This document shows, piece after piece, positions 8,617 to 21,300 of a DNA stretch of 64,000 nt. How positions within the stretch are numbered: position 1 is the first letter of the stretch; each line of letters starts with the position of its first letter. The notes beneath the pieces are model-generated. The model was not told where the DNA came from. It was given only the letters and a program-made list of their open reading frames with translations, and made no database searches. The stretch spans positions 105,340-169,339 of the forward strand of contig JAYRJE010000015.1 of assembly GCA_041906465.1 (NCBI GenBank), written 5' to 3'. The position numbers and the translations under genes were made by a program. This stretch comes from Candidatus Didemnitutus sp. Its GTDB lineage: Bacteria; Verrucomicrobiota; Verrucomicrobiia; Opitutales; Opitutaceae.

Positions 8617-9234
8617 ATGCCAGCGCGTATTCTCTTGGTGGACGATCATCCTCTGTTTCGAGCCGGCGTTGCCGCAGTGTTGCGGAGCGATCGGGGGCTC
8701 GAGATATGCGCGGAAGCGAATGATGGTGCGGCCGCGCGTCAGGCGCTCGTGACGGTGCGACCTGACGTGGCGGTCGTCGACCTTGTGCTCGGCGGCGATG
8801 ATGGGCTGAAACTTGTGCGCGAGCTGCGGCGCGATTGTCCGGGCTTGCGCATCGTGGTGCTTACCATGCTGGACGAAGCGGTTTACCGATCGAAGGCGCT
8901 GCAGGCGGGCGCAGATGCCTTCCTTTCGAAAAGGGAGGGGCCGGCACAGATCGTCGCGGTCGTGCGTCAGCTGCTGGATTTTCCGGTGCCGGTCCGGTCG
9001 GCGGTGCCGAACGGCGACAACGCGGTCGCGCAACTGAGCGAGCGTGAACTACAGGTGTTTCGCGAACTCGGGTTCGGTCACACCACGCAAGAGGTCGCGA
9101 CGAAGCTGGGCGTGAGCATCAAGACGATCGAGACCCATCGCGAGTCGATCAAACAGAAGCTCGGCCTGCCGCACGCCAACGCGCTCATTGTGCGTGCCGC
9201 GATCTGGGTTCGCGAACAGGGCCTTGCTCCCTAG
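8617..9234 (+). CDS. NarL/LuxR-family response regulator
   Basis: ATG 8617; REC ILLVDDHP...VVDLVL...FLSK; LuxR HTH LSERELQVF...TTQEVATKLGVSIKTIETHRESIKQKL. Confidence 0.93.
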   Translation: MPARILLVDDHPLFRAGVAAVLRSDRGLEICAEANDGAAARQALVTVRPDVAVVDLVLGGDDGLKLVRELRRDCPGLRIVVLTMLDEAVYRSKALQAGADAFLSKREGPAQIVAVVRQLLDFPVPVRSAVPNGDNAVAQLSERELQVFRELGFGHTTQEVATKLGVSIKTIETHRESIKQKLGLPHANALIVRAAIWVREQGLAP

Positions 9235-9286
9235 GGCCGGTTGGCTGGGGCGGTGCGGGGATTTCTCCCGGTGCGCGCGAAAAAAA

Positions 9287-9331
9287 TCAGGGATGCCCTG
9301 ATCGGGGTTACCTTGAGCAGGAGCGTAGCGT
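9287..9331 (+). promoter_or_regulatory. Tandem 15-bp palindromes (candidate response-regulator sites) and a possible -10 element
   Basis: TCAGGG-ATG-CCCTGA (9287-9301, perfect) abuts TCGGGG-TTA-CCTTGA (9302-9316). TAGCGT at 9326-9331; ATG at 9347. Confidence 0.5.
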
Positions 9332-9346
9332 TGCAAAGCTTTGGCC

Positions 9347-12300
9347 ATGGTTGCCCGCTTTCTCCACGCTGCGCGCGGCGTGCTCGCCTTTGGTTTGGTT
9401 CGCGCGCTACTGGCCGTCGTCGTCTGTGCCGTCGCGGCCTTGCCGTCGGCGCGCGCGGCGGATCTCGACGCGTCCTTCGACGTCGACGCGCGCGCGTTCG
9501 GCATCGGTCTGGCGGTGGCGACGCAGCCGGATGGCAAGGTGCTCGTCGGCGGGTCGTTCAGCCGCGCCGATCGCGCTGAGGTCACGAACCTGGCGCGTTT
9601 CAACAGCGACGGCACGCGTGACACCACTTTCAATGTGGGTTCCTCCCTCGACGGTGCCGTGCGGTCCATCGCGGTGCAGAGTGACGGCAAGATCGTCATC
9701 GGTGGCACGTTCACCGGCTACGGTGCGACTTCGCGCAATCGCATCGCGCGGCTCAACGCCGACGGCTCGCTCGACACGAGTTTCAATCCGGGCACCGGCT
9801 TCGACCAGGAGGTCATCAGTCTCGCCATCCAGAGCGACGGCAAGATCGTGGCCGCGGGCGCGTTCACCACGTTCAACGGCACGGTGCGCAATCGCGTGGC
9901 CCGCCTCACGACTGCGGGCGCGCTCGACACCACGTTTCTCAACACCGGAGCGGGCGCGAACGGCATCGTGTGGGACGTCGCACTCCAAGCCGACGGCAAG
10001 CCGGTCATCGTTGGCGGTTTCACCAGCTACAACGGCACCGCGCGCGCTCGCGTCGCGCGCCTGACGACTGCCGGCGCGCTCGACACGACGTTCAATCCCG
10101 GCACCGGCGCGAATGCGGACGTGGTGGCCGTGGCGATCGACAGCGCGGGCCGCGCCGTGATCGGCGGCTTGTTCAGCACCTACAACGGCACCGCGCGCGC
10201 CTGCCTGGCACGCCTCACGACCGCGGGCGCGCTCGACACGACGTTCGCGAGCACGGCGGTGTTTTCCTCGAGCTACGATGCGATCCTCGACGTGCGGCTC
10301 GACAGCGCGGAGCGCGTCGTCCTCGCGGGCGATTTCTATCCGAGCTACCAATACAACTACAACACGCCGACGCAGGGGCTCGCGCGCCTGAACGCCGACG
10401 GCAACGCGCTCGACGAAACGTTCCTCGTGCGCGACACCGTGTGGAAAATCAGCCGCGCCGGCCTTTCCTTCCGCCGCATCATGTCGATCGCGCTCGGCGC
10501 CGACGATGGCGTCTTCGTGGCGGGCGGCATGTATGATCCGACTTCCGGCCAGGCGGGCGTGTTGCGCGTCAGCAACACCGGCGCACGCGACACGACCTTC
10601 AACGCCCGCGCGGGCATCTGGTTTCCGGCGAACATCAACGCCGTGCGTCCGGGCGCCGGGGGCAAATACTACGTCGCGGGCGCGTTCGACTGGATCGCCG
10701 GCGCGCGTCGCGTCGACCTCGCGCGCTTCCTGCCCAACGCGCAGATCGATTCGACCTTTTTCGCCTACGATTCCGATTTCACGGACAACCAGATCCGCGA
10801 AGTCGTCGAACTGCCCGATGGAAAAGTATGGGTGTTCGGTCCGTTCACGAAGATCGGTTCGCAGACGCGCACGGGCGCCGCATTGTTCAACGCCAACGGC
10901 TCGTTGAGCTACACGCCGCCCTTCCTCACCGTCACGGGCGGCAACGCGAACGGCAACGTGACGCGCGCGCTCGCGACCAGCAGCGGCGACGTCGTGCTCG
11001 CGGGCACATTCACGCAGGTGAACGCCACCGCGCGCCCCGGCATCGCGCGCATCACCGCGGCCGGTGTGCTCGACACGGCGTTCGCGCCCGGCGCGGGTCC
11101 GGTCGGCGGCGCGATCGAGGATGCAGCCCTTGATGCGAGCGGTCGCGTCGTGATCGGCGGCAGCTTCACCAGTTTCAGCGGCACGGCCGAAGGCTACATC
11201 GTGCGGCTCTCCACCGCGGGCGCCGTCGACGCGGCGTTTGCGGCGAACACCAACGTCAGCGCCGCCGTGAACAGCGTGCAGGTGCAGGCCAACGGCCAGA
11301 TCCTGCTCGGCGGCAGTTTCGCGAACTCCGGCGGCTACGTTTTCAACGGCACGACGCTGCTCAACGCCGACGGCACCACCGACACGACGTTCAATCCTTA
11401 TCCCGGGGCGAACAGCTCCGTCTTCCGCGCCCGCCGCGTGTCCGACGGCTCCGTCGTCGTCACGGGCGCGTTTACGCAGATGCAGAATCAGCCGCGCCCG
11501 CTGATCGCGCGCTTCACGACGAACGGTCCGATCGACTCGCTCTTCGCCACCGACACGATCGAGGGCGGCTATCCGGTCGACGTGCTCGAGCGCCCGGACG
11601 GCAAGCTGCTCGTGCGCGGCACCTTCACGATCGTCAACGGCCAGTCGCGCAACGGCCTCGCGCGTTTCCACTCGGCGCCGGTGCGTCGCGGTGGACTCGA
11701 GTCCGCGATGAACGGCGCGAACCTCGCCAACAACGTCGTCAACGCCGTCGTGCCGCTCGGCGACGGACGCTTCGTGGTCGCGGGCGATTTCACGACTTTC
11801 TCCGCCCAGTCCCGCTCGCGCGTCGCCGCCATCAACGTCTACGGCGAGGTCGACTCAACGTTCAACGTTGGCAGCGGCTTCAACGGCAGCGTCCTCGGTG
11901 GCGCGCTGCTGTCCTCCGGCAAGATTCTCCTCTGGGGCGGCTTCAGCAGCTACAACAACGCGGCCGCGCCCGGGCTCGTGCGTCTCAACACCGACGGCAC
12001 GCTCGACCCGACGTTCGTATCGCCCGTGTTCAACGCGGCCGTCAACGCCGTGCAAGTGCTCGCTGACGGCCGCTTGCTCGTCGGCGGCGCGTTCACGTTC
12101 GCCGGCGCGACGCAGGCGGGCGGCATCGTGCGGCTGCACGCGAACGGCGCGGTCGACACCACTTTCAACGCCGGCACCGGCGCGAACGGCGCCGTGTTCG
12201 CGGTCGCGCGCGCGAGCGACGGCAGCGTGTTCGCGGGCGGCGCGTTCACGACTTTCGCGGACGCGGCGGCGCCGGGCGTCGTGAAGCTCACGGCGGACGG

Positions 12301-15300
12301 CGCGCGCGCCTCCGGGTTTTCGATTGGCACGGGCAACGCGAACAACGCCAATCCGGTGCGCGCGCTCGCCGTGGCGAACGACGGCAAGCTGATCGTCGCG
12401 GGTTCGTTCGACGCGTGGGCCGACGCCAGCGTCGGCCGCATCGTGCGGCTCAATCTCGACGGTTCGCGTGATACGACTTTCCTCAACGGTTTCGGTGCGG
12501 ACGGCGCCGTGTATGCGCTCGCCGCGCTCAGTGACGGACGGCTCTACGTCGGCGGCGCGTTCACGACCTTCGGCGGCGGCGAACGTCGCGGCCTCGTGCG
12601 CCTGTCGGCGAACGGCGTGATCGATCCGGTGTTCGACGTCGGCGCAGGCTTCAGTGGCGGCGAAGTGCGCGCGCTCGGTCTCGCGTCGGACGGACGCGTC
12701 GCCGCGGGCGGCACGTTTTCGTCCTACCAAGGCGTGGCGCGCAGCCGCGTGGCGATTCTCTTCGGCAGCGACGAGACGAGTTACTCGCTCCCGGGCGATC
12801 AGATTTTCACGGCCAACATCGACCCCGGCGCGCCGTTCTCGCTCAGCTACGGCGCGGCGATCTCGGGCCTGCGTTATCAATGGTATCGCGACGGCGCGCG
12901 CATTCCGGGCGCGACCGGCGCGACTTATGCGGTGGCGTCGGCCGGTCTGGCCGATGCCGGCCTCTACACGCTCACGTTCAGCAACGGCTCCGGCGAATAC
13001 ACGACGCAGGGCTGGCGCGTGACCGTGAAACTCGCGCCGGTGATCGTCGGCGCCCCGATAACGCAATCGGTCGGTTACGGTGCGAGCGCGACGTTCAACG
13101 TGGGCGTCGCTGGTCCCGGGCCGTTCACTTACCAATGGTATCGCAACGGCACGCTGATCGCCGGTGCGACCGACAGCAGCTACACCGTCACGAATGTCAG
13201 CGGCGCCGACTTCGGTGCGACGTTCCACGTCCGCATCACGAACGCCTACGGTTTCAGCGATTCGACGCCGGTGGCGCTGACGTTCGACACGAACGCCGTC
13301 CCCGGCGCGCTCGTGCTGCCATTCTCTTCTCCGCAAGCGTGGTCGGGCAGCCCGACCGCGGTGGTTCGCGCGGCCGGCGGCCAGTATTACGTCGGCGGAA
13401 GCAGTGTCTTCGTGCGCCTCAACGCTGACGGCACGGTCGACTCGAGTTTCGCGCCGGCGCTCGGCTCCTTCACCGTCACGCGATTGGCGTTGCAGGCCGA
13501 CGGCAAGATCATCGCGGCCGGCAGCCTGCCCATCAATGGCACGACTTACCAAGTCGCGCGCTTCCTCACCAGCGGCGCGGTCGATCCGACCTTCACGCCG
13601 GTCGCGGTGACTCATTCGACGTCGAGCTGGTCCACGGAGATCAACGCGCTCGTGCTCCAGGCGGATGGCAAGATTCTCCTCGGTGGTTACTTCGACACCG
13701 TCGCGGGCACGACGCGGCGCTTCCTCGCCCGACTGAACACCAGCGGCGCGCTCGACTCCACGCTCGCGCCCACGAGCGACAGCACCGGCCCGAACAGCAC
13801 GGTGCTCAGCATCGTGCTGCAGGGCACCAACGTGATCATCGGCGGCGCGTTCACCACGTATGCCGGTGCGACGGTGAATTACCTCGCGCGTTTCGTCGCC
13901 AGCAACGGCGCGCGCGACACGACCTTCGCCGGCGGCACGCGCGCCGACGCGCTCGTGCGCGGCGTGGCCGCACAGGCGGACGGCGATCTGATCATCCATG
14001 GCAACTTCACGACCTACAACGGCACCGCGCGCGCCCGCCTCGCCCGGCTCAACGCCGATGGCTCGCTCGACACCGCGTTCAATCCCGGCTCAGGCGCCGC
14101 GAAGCGCTCGATTTGGGACTCCCCGAGCATCGCCGCCGCGCTCCCGAGCGACAACGGCACGGTGATCGTCGTCGGCTCCTTCGACAGTTTCTCCGGCTGG
14201 CCGGCCGTGAACTCCGTGCGCCTCACCAGCACGGGTGCGATCGACACCCAATGGGCTACGCCGGACAGCGGTTCGACCTCCTTCGGCCAGCTCTTTTCGC
14301 TGAGCGATGGCTCGCTGTTCGTGGGCTACACCTACGGCGGCTTCCTGCGCCTGTTGAGCGGTTCGTATCCGCCGCAGGCGCCCGCCATCGCGCGCGCTCC
14401 GGTGGCGCCGGGCGGCGAGCGGCCCGCCGGCGCGCGCGTCGAGCTCAGCGCGCTCGCGAGCGGCCCCGGCACGCTCACTTTCCAATGGTATCGCGGCACC
14501 ACCGCGCTGACGAACAGCACCACGGTTTCCGGCGCCACGTCGCCGGTGCTCACGTTGCGCAGCGTGCGCGCGAGCGAGGCGGGCAGCTACCAGCTGCGCG
14601 TCACGTCATCGACCAACGGCTTCGTCGAAACCACGCCGGTCAACGTCGCGGTCGGCGCCGAGCGCTCCGGCCCCGGCAGCCTCGATCTCACGTGGGCGGC
14701 CGATCCGATGCCGCGCATTTCCACCGTGCTCGCCTTCGCAAGCGACGGCAGCGCGATCGCGTCGATCTACGACAACAACCTGTCGCCCTCGCGGAGTTTC
14801 CTGCGGAAATTCGATGCGAACGGCGTGCTGTTGCCGACGACGACGTTCTCCTCCGGCGCGGGCTTCGAAGGCTACTTCAGCGAACTGCACGTGCAGTCCG
14901 ACGGGAAGATCATCGCCGTCGGCGCCCATCTCCCGCCGGGCAGCTCGACCGCGCGTTACCTCGCCCGCATGAACGCCGACGGCTCGTATGATACCGCTTA
15001 CACGACGGCGCCCGACAACTCCGTCAACGACTCCGTCCTGCAATCCGACGGAAAGCTCCTCATCGTCGGTTCGTTCGCCAACGTCAGCGGCACGGCCCGC
15101 GCGGGAGTCGCGCGCATTTTGACCACCGGTGGCGTGGACACGACGTTCACGCCCGGCGCGCACGGGCTGACTAATTTGCGCTTCGTCCGCCTCGCGACCG
15201 ACACCGCCAACCTCGGCAAGATCTACCTCGTCGGCTACAACTCGACGGTCAGCTCCGAGGAAATCGTTCGCCTCACTGCGGCGGGCGCGGTCGATGGAAC

Positions 15301-18300
15301 TTTCGCGCGCGTCGCCATCACGAACAACACGGTGCGCGACATCGCGCTCGACAGCTCCGGCCGTTTGCTGCTCACCGGCAATTTCACCACGGTCGCCGGC
15401 CAGGCGCGCCGGACGATCGCGCGCATCAATACCAACGGCACGCTCGACACGACCTTTGGGCCTGCGCGCTCCGCCGGTTTTTCCGCGACGCCGAGTTCGA
15501 TCGCGATCGGCACCGACGGCTGGATTTACCTCGCCGCCAGCGACAGCACTTCGACGACGTTTGACGGATTCCCGACCGGCCCGATCGTGCGCGTCGATGC
15601 GACGGCGGGTCAGCTCGACGTGAATTTCCCGGGCTCGGGCGGCATCCGCTACGAAAGCCTGAGCGAGGCGCGCCTCTGGTGGGTCGGGTCAAAGCTTGCG
15701 CTGAACGGCTACATTTCCGGTCCGTCGCGCACGGAGTTCATCCGCGTCAACGTCGACGGCGCGCCGACCGGTGCGCCGTCGCTGGTCGACAGCAGTGGCG
15801 ATCGCACGGTGGCCGACGGCTCGGCCTTGTCGCTCTTCGCGCGCTTCAGTGGCGCCGGGCCGTTCACCTATGTCTGGCGCAAGGACGGCAACGTCATCAC
15901 CGGTGCGACCGGACCGCAGCTCGTCATCACCGCCGTCTCCGCCGCCGACGCCGGCGCTTACACGGTCACGGCGACCAACACCAGCGGCTCCGCCACGGCG
16001 ACGATGAACGTCGCGCTCTTCTCGGCCGACCCGCTCGCGGCGGTCGGTGGCTTCCAACTCACCGCCAACTTCAACGGCTCGATCACCAACGCCGTGCGCT
16101 TCGCCGACGGTTCGGTGCTGGTCAGCGGCACGTTCACCACCGTCAACGGCACCGCCCGCCGCTCGCTCGCGCGCTTCACCGCAGCGGGTGCGCTCGACAC
16201 GACCTTCAACGCCAACGTGCCGCTCGCCACCTCGGGCGAGGTTCTCATCTCGAACCTCATCGTCGAACCCGACGGCCGCATCCTCGTGCACGGCGTGCTG
16301 CCGTTGAACAACAGCACGAGCGCCAGCCTCATCCGCCTCAACACGAACGGCACGCTCGCGGCCTCGATCCTCAACAGCACCAACCTGACCGGCGGCATCG
16401 CAGCGGTCGCGCGCCAGGCCGACGGAGGCATCGTCGTGATGGGACCGTTCACCTCGATTCTCGGCACCGCGCGCACCAATTTCGCGCGCATTACCTCCGC
16501 GGGCGCACTCGATACGACCTTCGTGCCGACGGGCCTCGACGCGTCCGACTATCGCCAGATCGCCGTCGATGCGACCGGCCGGATCTGGCTTCTGGGCAAT
16601 TTCACCCGCATCGGCACCGACTCGATCGGAGCCCGCGTCGTCCGTCTCGCGTCCACCGGCGTGTTGGACACCACGTTCCAGGCTCCGCTGTTCAACAACA
16701 CGCCATCGCGCGTTTTCTTCGCCGCGGACGGCCGCGCGTTCCTGCTCGGTCAGGCGAACTTCGTGCTGGGAGAACCTTCCCCGGTGGTGCTGCTCGATGC
16801 GACGGGAGCGGTGAATCGCGGCTTTCGGGTGGCGAGCACCTCGTCGGCGATCGCGCTGGCCGAGGACAGCGCGGGTCGTCTGCACGGCCTGTTCGGCAAT
16901 CAGATCCTCCGCCTCACGGCGACGGGTGAGATCGATCGCGTCATGAACGTCTCGTCGAGTCCGGGCGTGTTGCTCGGCGCGGGCGATCGCCTGCTCCTCG
17001 CCGGGGGCAGCCAGTTGTCATCCGTGGGCACGACGTCGGTGTTCGGTCTCGTCTATGCGAACGCCGCCGACACGGACACGTTCAGCCTGCTCGGTCCGCT
17101 GCCCGCCAATGCGAGCGTGGCGCAGGGCGGCGTGCTGGCGTTGCGTCCGGGCGTCCGCGGGGCGACGACCGGCACGGTGACCTACCAGTGGTTCCGCGAC
17201 GGCACGCCGATCGGCGGCGCCACCGGTCCGGCGCTCGTCTTGCCGAGCGCCACGGTGGCCGACCGCGGGGTCTACACGTTCACCGCGACGAAGGGCGGCG
17301 TCACGCTCACCGCGGGTCCGACGCAGGTCGATGTGATCGCGAACACCGCCCGCCCCGGCGAGGTGGACCTCGGGTGGAAAGCCAGCGTCCCGCTCTCGGG
17401 CGTCTCGAGGATCTTCTCCGATGCGGCCGACAATCTCTATCTGACCGGCAATGTCGTCGCCGGCACCGCGTCGCCGCGCGCGCTGGTCGCGCTCGATGCC
17501 GCGGGGACGGTGCGCAGCAACTTCACGCTGTCGAGCCGCGTGACCGGTTTTGTCTCCGGGCTCCGGTTCCTGAGCGGTGGCAAGCTGCTGCTCTACGGCC
17601 AAAGCCTGCAGCTGGACGGACTGGCGTGCACGCTCCTGCGGTTGAATGCCGACGGCACGCTCGACACCACGTTCACCACCAGCAGCGATCCGATCAACGA
17701 CCTGATCGTGCTGGGCGACGGTCGCCTGCTGGCGCTGACCAGCAGCGGCCTGATGCGTTACAGTGCGGCGGGCGTGCGAGACACGACATTCAGCTCGACC
17801 AGTTACCCGTCGGGCAACTTGTTCCCCGCGCCGGGCGGCAAGTTCTGGATCGTCGGTTCGCATTACGACCCGGTCTCCTACATCGTCAGCCGCTGGCTCA
17901 CGCGGGTGAACGCGGATGGCACCATCGACCCCACGTATGTTGGCCCCGCCTTGCGGCAGGGTGAGAATGTCTCCGCGGTGGCCGCGACGCCGGATGGCGG
18001 GCTCTACGTCGTGCTGCAGCTCAACGACAGCAACGTCAGCGGCTACGCCTTCGGTTATCGGCGGATCGTGCGGGTGCGGCCCGACGGCACCGTCGATGCG
18101 AGCTTCGCGGCCGGGACCTTCCAGTTTGGGCAGACCTCCTTCTCGATCTCGGACCTCGCCGCGGATGCGGCGGGCCGGTTGGTCGTCGTGGGCATGTTTG
18201 ATCGCTATGATGGCAGCGCCCGCAACGGCACCGTGCGTCTGTTGCCCGATGGCGCGATCGACCCCTCCTTCGTCTCCCTTGCGGCCCCGGCAATCGCGAG

Positions 18301-21300
18301 CAACAACGCGTTGAACCGTGTGCTCGTGCTCCCCTCGGGCCGGATCGTGGTCAGCACCTCGGGGGCGACCCCGATCGGCCAGGTGGCGGATCGCATCGGC
18401 CTCGCGGCGCTCGTCAGCACGGAAGTCGCGGCCGGCACCGCGCCGGTGCTGACGACCCCGCTGACCGATCGCACGCTCAATCCCTACGACGCGCTCGCGC
18501 TGCACGCTCCGGTGTTCGCGCCGGCCAGCGCGACCTTCCAGTGGCGCAAGGACGGCACCGCCATCCCCGACGCCACCGGGCCGCGCTACCGTCTGATCGG
18601 CGCGCCGCCCGACGCGGCGGGCGAATACACCGTGCAGGTGACCACGCCGGGCGGTTCCGTCACGAGTGCGCCGGTCCTGGTCAATGTCGCTCCGTCCGAC
18701 TTCAGTGGCGGCCTCGGCTCACGCAATGCCTTCACGCGCGTCGAAGCCCCGGCCTCGTTCGCCGTGACGCAGCCGGATGGACGCGCGCTGGTCGTGTCGC
18801 TCGGCTCCACCATCAACGGCAGCGTGGCGCATGAACTTTTCCGCCTCAACGCCGACGGCAGCTTCGCGGGCGGACTGCCGACCACGGTGACCGGCACGAA
18901 TTCGCAGCTCCAGATCTCCGCGGCCGTCGTCGATGCGGAGGGTCGCATCTACATCGGCGGTCAGTTCAGCTACGTGAACGGCGTGAGCCGCAATCGCGTG
19001 GCGCGCCTGCTGGCCGACGGCTCGCTCGACCCCACCTGGGATCCGGGCGCGGGTCCGAACTCGACGGTCTCGTCGCTCGCCCTCATGCCCGACGGCAAAC
19101 TCGTCATCGGCGGATCCTTCTCGCAGGTCGGCGGTGTGGCGCGGCAATTCCTCGCGCGTCTCACCACGACCGGTGCGCTGGATTCCACGTTCGTCGTCGG
19201 CACCGGCCTGAACAACTTGCCCATCGCGCTCGCGGCCCAGTCCGACGGCCGCCTGCTCGTCGGCGGCCAGTTCACGACCTACAACGGCATCACGGCGACG
19301 CGCCTGATCCGACTTGATGCCACCGGCGGACTCGATGCCACCTTCGCGCCCGCGCCGAACTCCACCGTGCGCGTGATCCGCGTGGCAGGAGACGGCCGCA
19401 TCCTCGTCGGCGGCGACTTCGGCCAGGTCGCCGGTTCGCCTCGCACCGGCCTGGCCTGGCTCGACGCCCAGGGCACGCTGCTGCCGACGACGATGAATTA
19501 CACCTCCGGTTATCGCGGGGCGTTGATTCTGCCCGACAACAGCGTCATCGCGACCACGGCGAACACCGTTGCGCGCTTCCGGGCCGATGGCACAGCCGAC
19601 ACGGTTTTCAACAACGCCAACAGCTACCGTGGGAGTTTCTACCGCACGCTCTCCTCGAGCTCGGCGTCGACGCAGTTGTTCCCGGTGCTGGCGGCCGGCA
19701 ACGAAGTCCTGATCGTCGGCGACTTTGCCCGCATCAGTCCGCAATCCACGGCCAACACCGGCATCTCCCGCCACGCCGCGGTGTGGTTGCGCTATTCCGA
19801 TTCGCTGGCGCCCGTCATCGGCACCGCGCCGATCGATGCGAACCTGCCCGAAGGCGGCTCGGTGACGTGGACGCTCCAGGCGACGTCGCCCAGCGGCACG
19901 CTCACCTATGCGTGGACGAAGGTTTCCGACCCCACGACCGTGCTCGCCACCACGCCGTCGCTCACCCGCACCAACGTGAAACCCGGTGACGCCGGCCAAT
20001 ACCGCGTCGTCGTCGCGAACGGGGAGGGGTTTGCCGAGGCCTTCGTGAACCTCTCCGTGCGCGCGGCCAGTGTCCCACTGCCCGGCAGCGTGCGGCTGGG
20101 CTTCTATGCGCCCACGCTCACGAGCAGTATCTCCAGCGTCGCTCCCGCCGCCGGCGGCGGCTGGTGGGCGGCGATCAACTCCAACCTCGTGCGCCTGCTG
20201 GCCAACGGCTCGGTCGATCCCACGTTCACCGCCCTGACCCTGAGCAGCGGCTCCATCACGGGCATTTTGGACACGCCCTCGGGCGGCCTGTATGTCTGGG
20301 GCACGTTCACCAGCCTCGGCGGACAACCGATCCCGCGCCTCATCCGCCTGACTTCCACCGGAGCCTTGGATGAAACCTTCACCGCCGCGCTGCCCTCGGG
20401 CGCCACGATTTCCACCGTCGCTCCACTGGCGGACGGACGCGTTTACGTGGGCGGCTCGTTCACCGTTGATCTCGCGGGCAAGACGACGACCAATTTTGTG
20501 CGCCTCATCGCGACGGGCGCACTCGATACAACCTTCGATCCGAATGGCGGCGTCGATGGTGCGCCCACGGCCATCCGTCCCTTGAGCGACGGCCGCGTCT
20601 ATGTGGCCGGTTCGTTCTCGTCCGCCGGCGGCGCGGCCCGGCGCGGCGTCGTGCGTTTCCTCGCCAGCGGCGCGCTCGATGGCGCGTTCAACAATCTCAA
20701 CGTCACCAGCGTGGCGCAGCTCGTCGTCTATCCGGACGGCCGCCTGCTGATCGCCGGCTCGTTCACGTCGGTCGACGGCGTGCCGCGCACGGGCGTGGCG
20801 CGGCTCAGCGCGAACGGCGTGGTTGACCCGGGCTTCGTGCTCGGGGCGACGCCGAATTTCGGCGGCGCGTTTGTGCCGATCGTGTTGCGGCCCGACGGAC
20901 GCATCGTGATCGCGGGCAACTTCAACGAAAGCGGCAGCAGTCGCTCGCGCGTCCTGCAGTTCGAGGCCGACGGCGCGCTCGACGCGAGCTTCGACGGCAC
21001 GCGCACCTTCACGGCGACGATCGGCGGCGTTTCGAGCACCACGTTCCGCTCGCTCACGCTTCTTCCCACCGGGCATCTGATCGTGACGGGCAGCTTCACC
21101 TACCTCGACGACGGCATCAGCCGCGCCGGCGTCGTGTCGCTGCAAGGCACGCCCCTCGCGCCGGAAATCACCGCCGACACGATCGTCAGCGCCACGCTCA
21201 GCGCCGGCGGCACGATCAACCTCAGCGTCACCGCCACCGGCGCCCCGACGCTCAGTTATCAATGGCGGCGCAACACCAGCGCGATTTCGGGCGCGACTTC

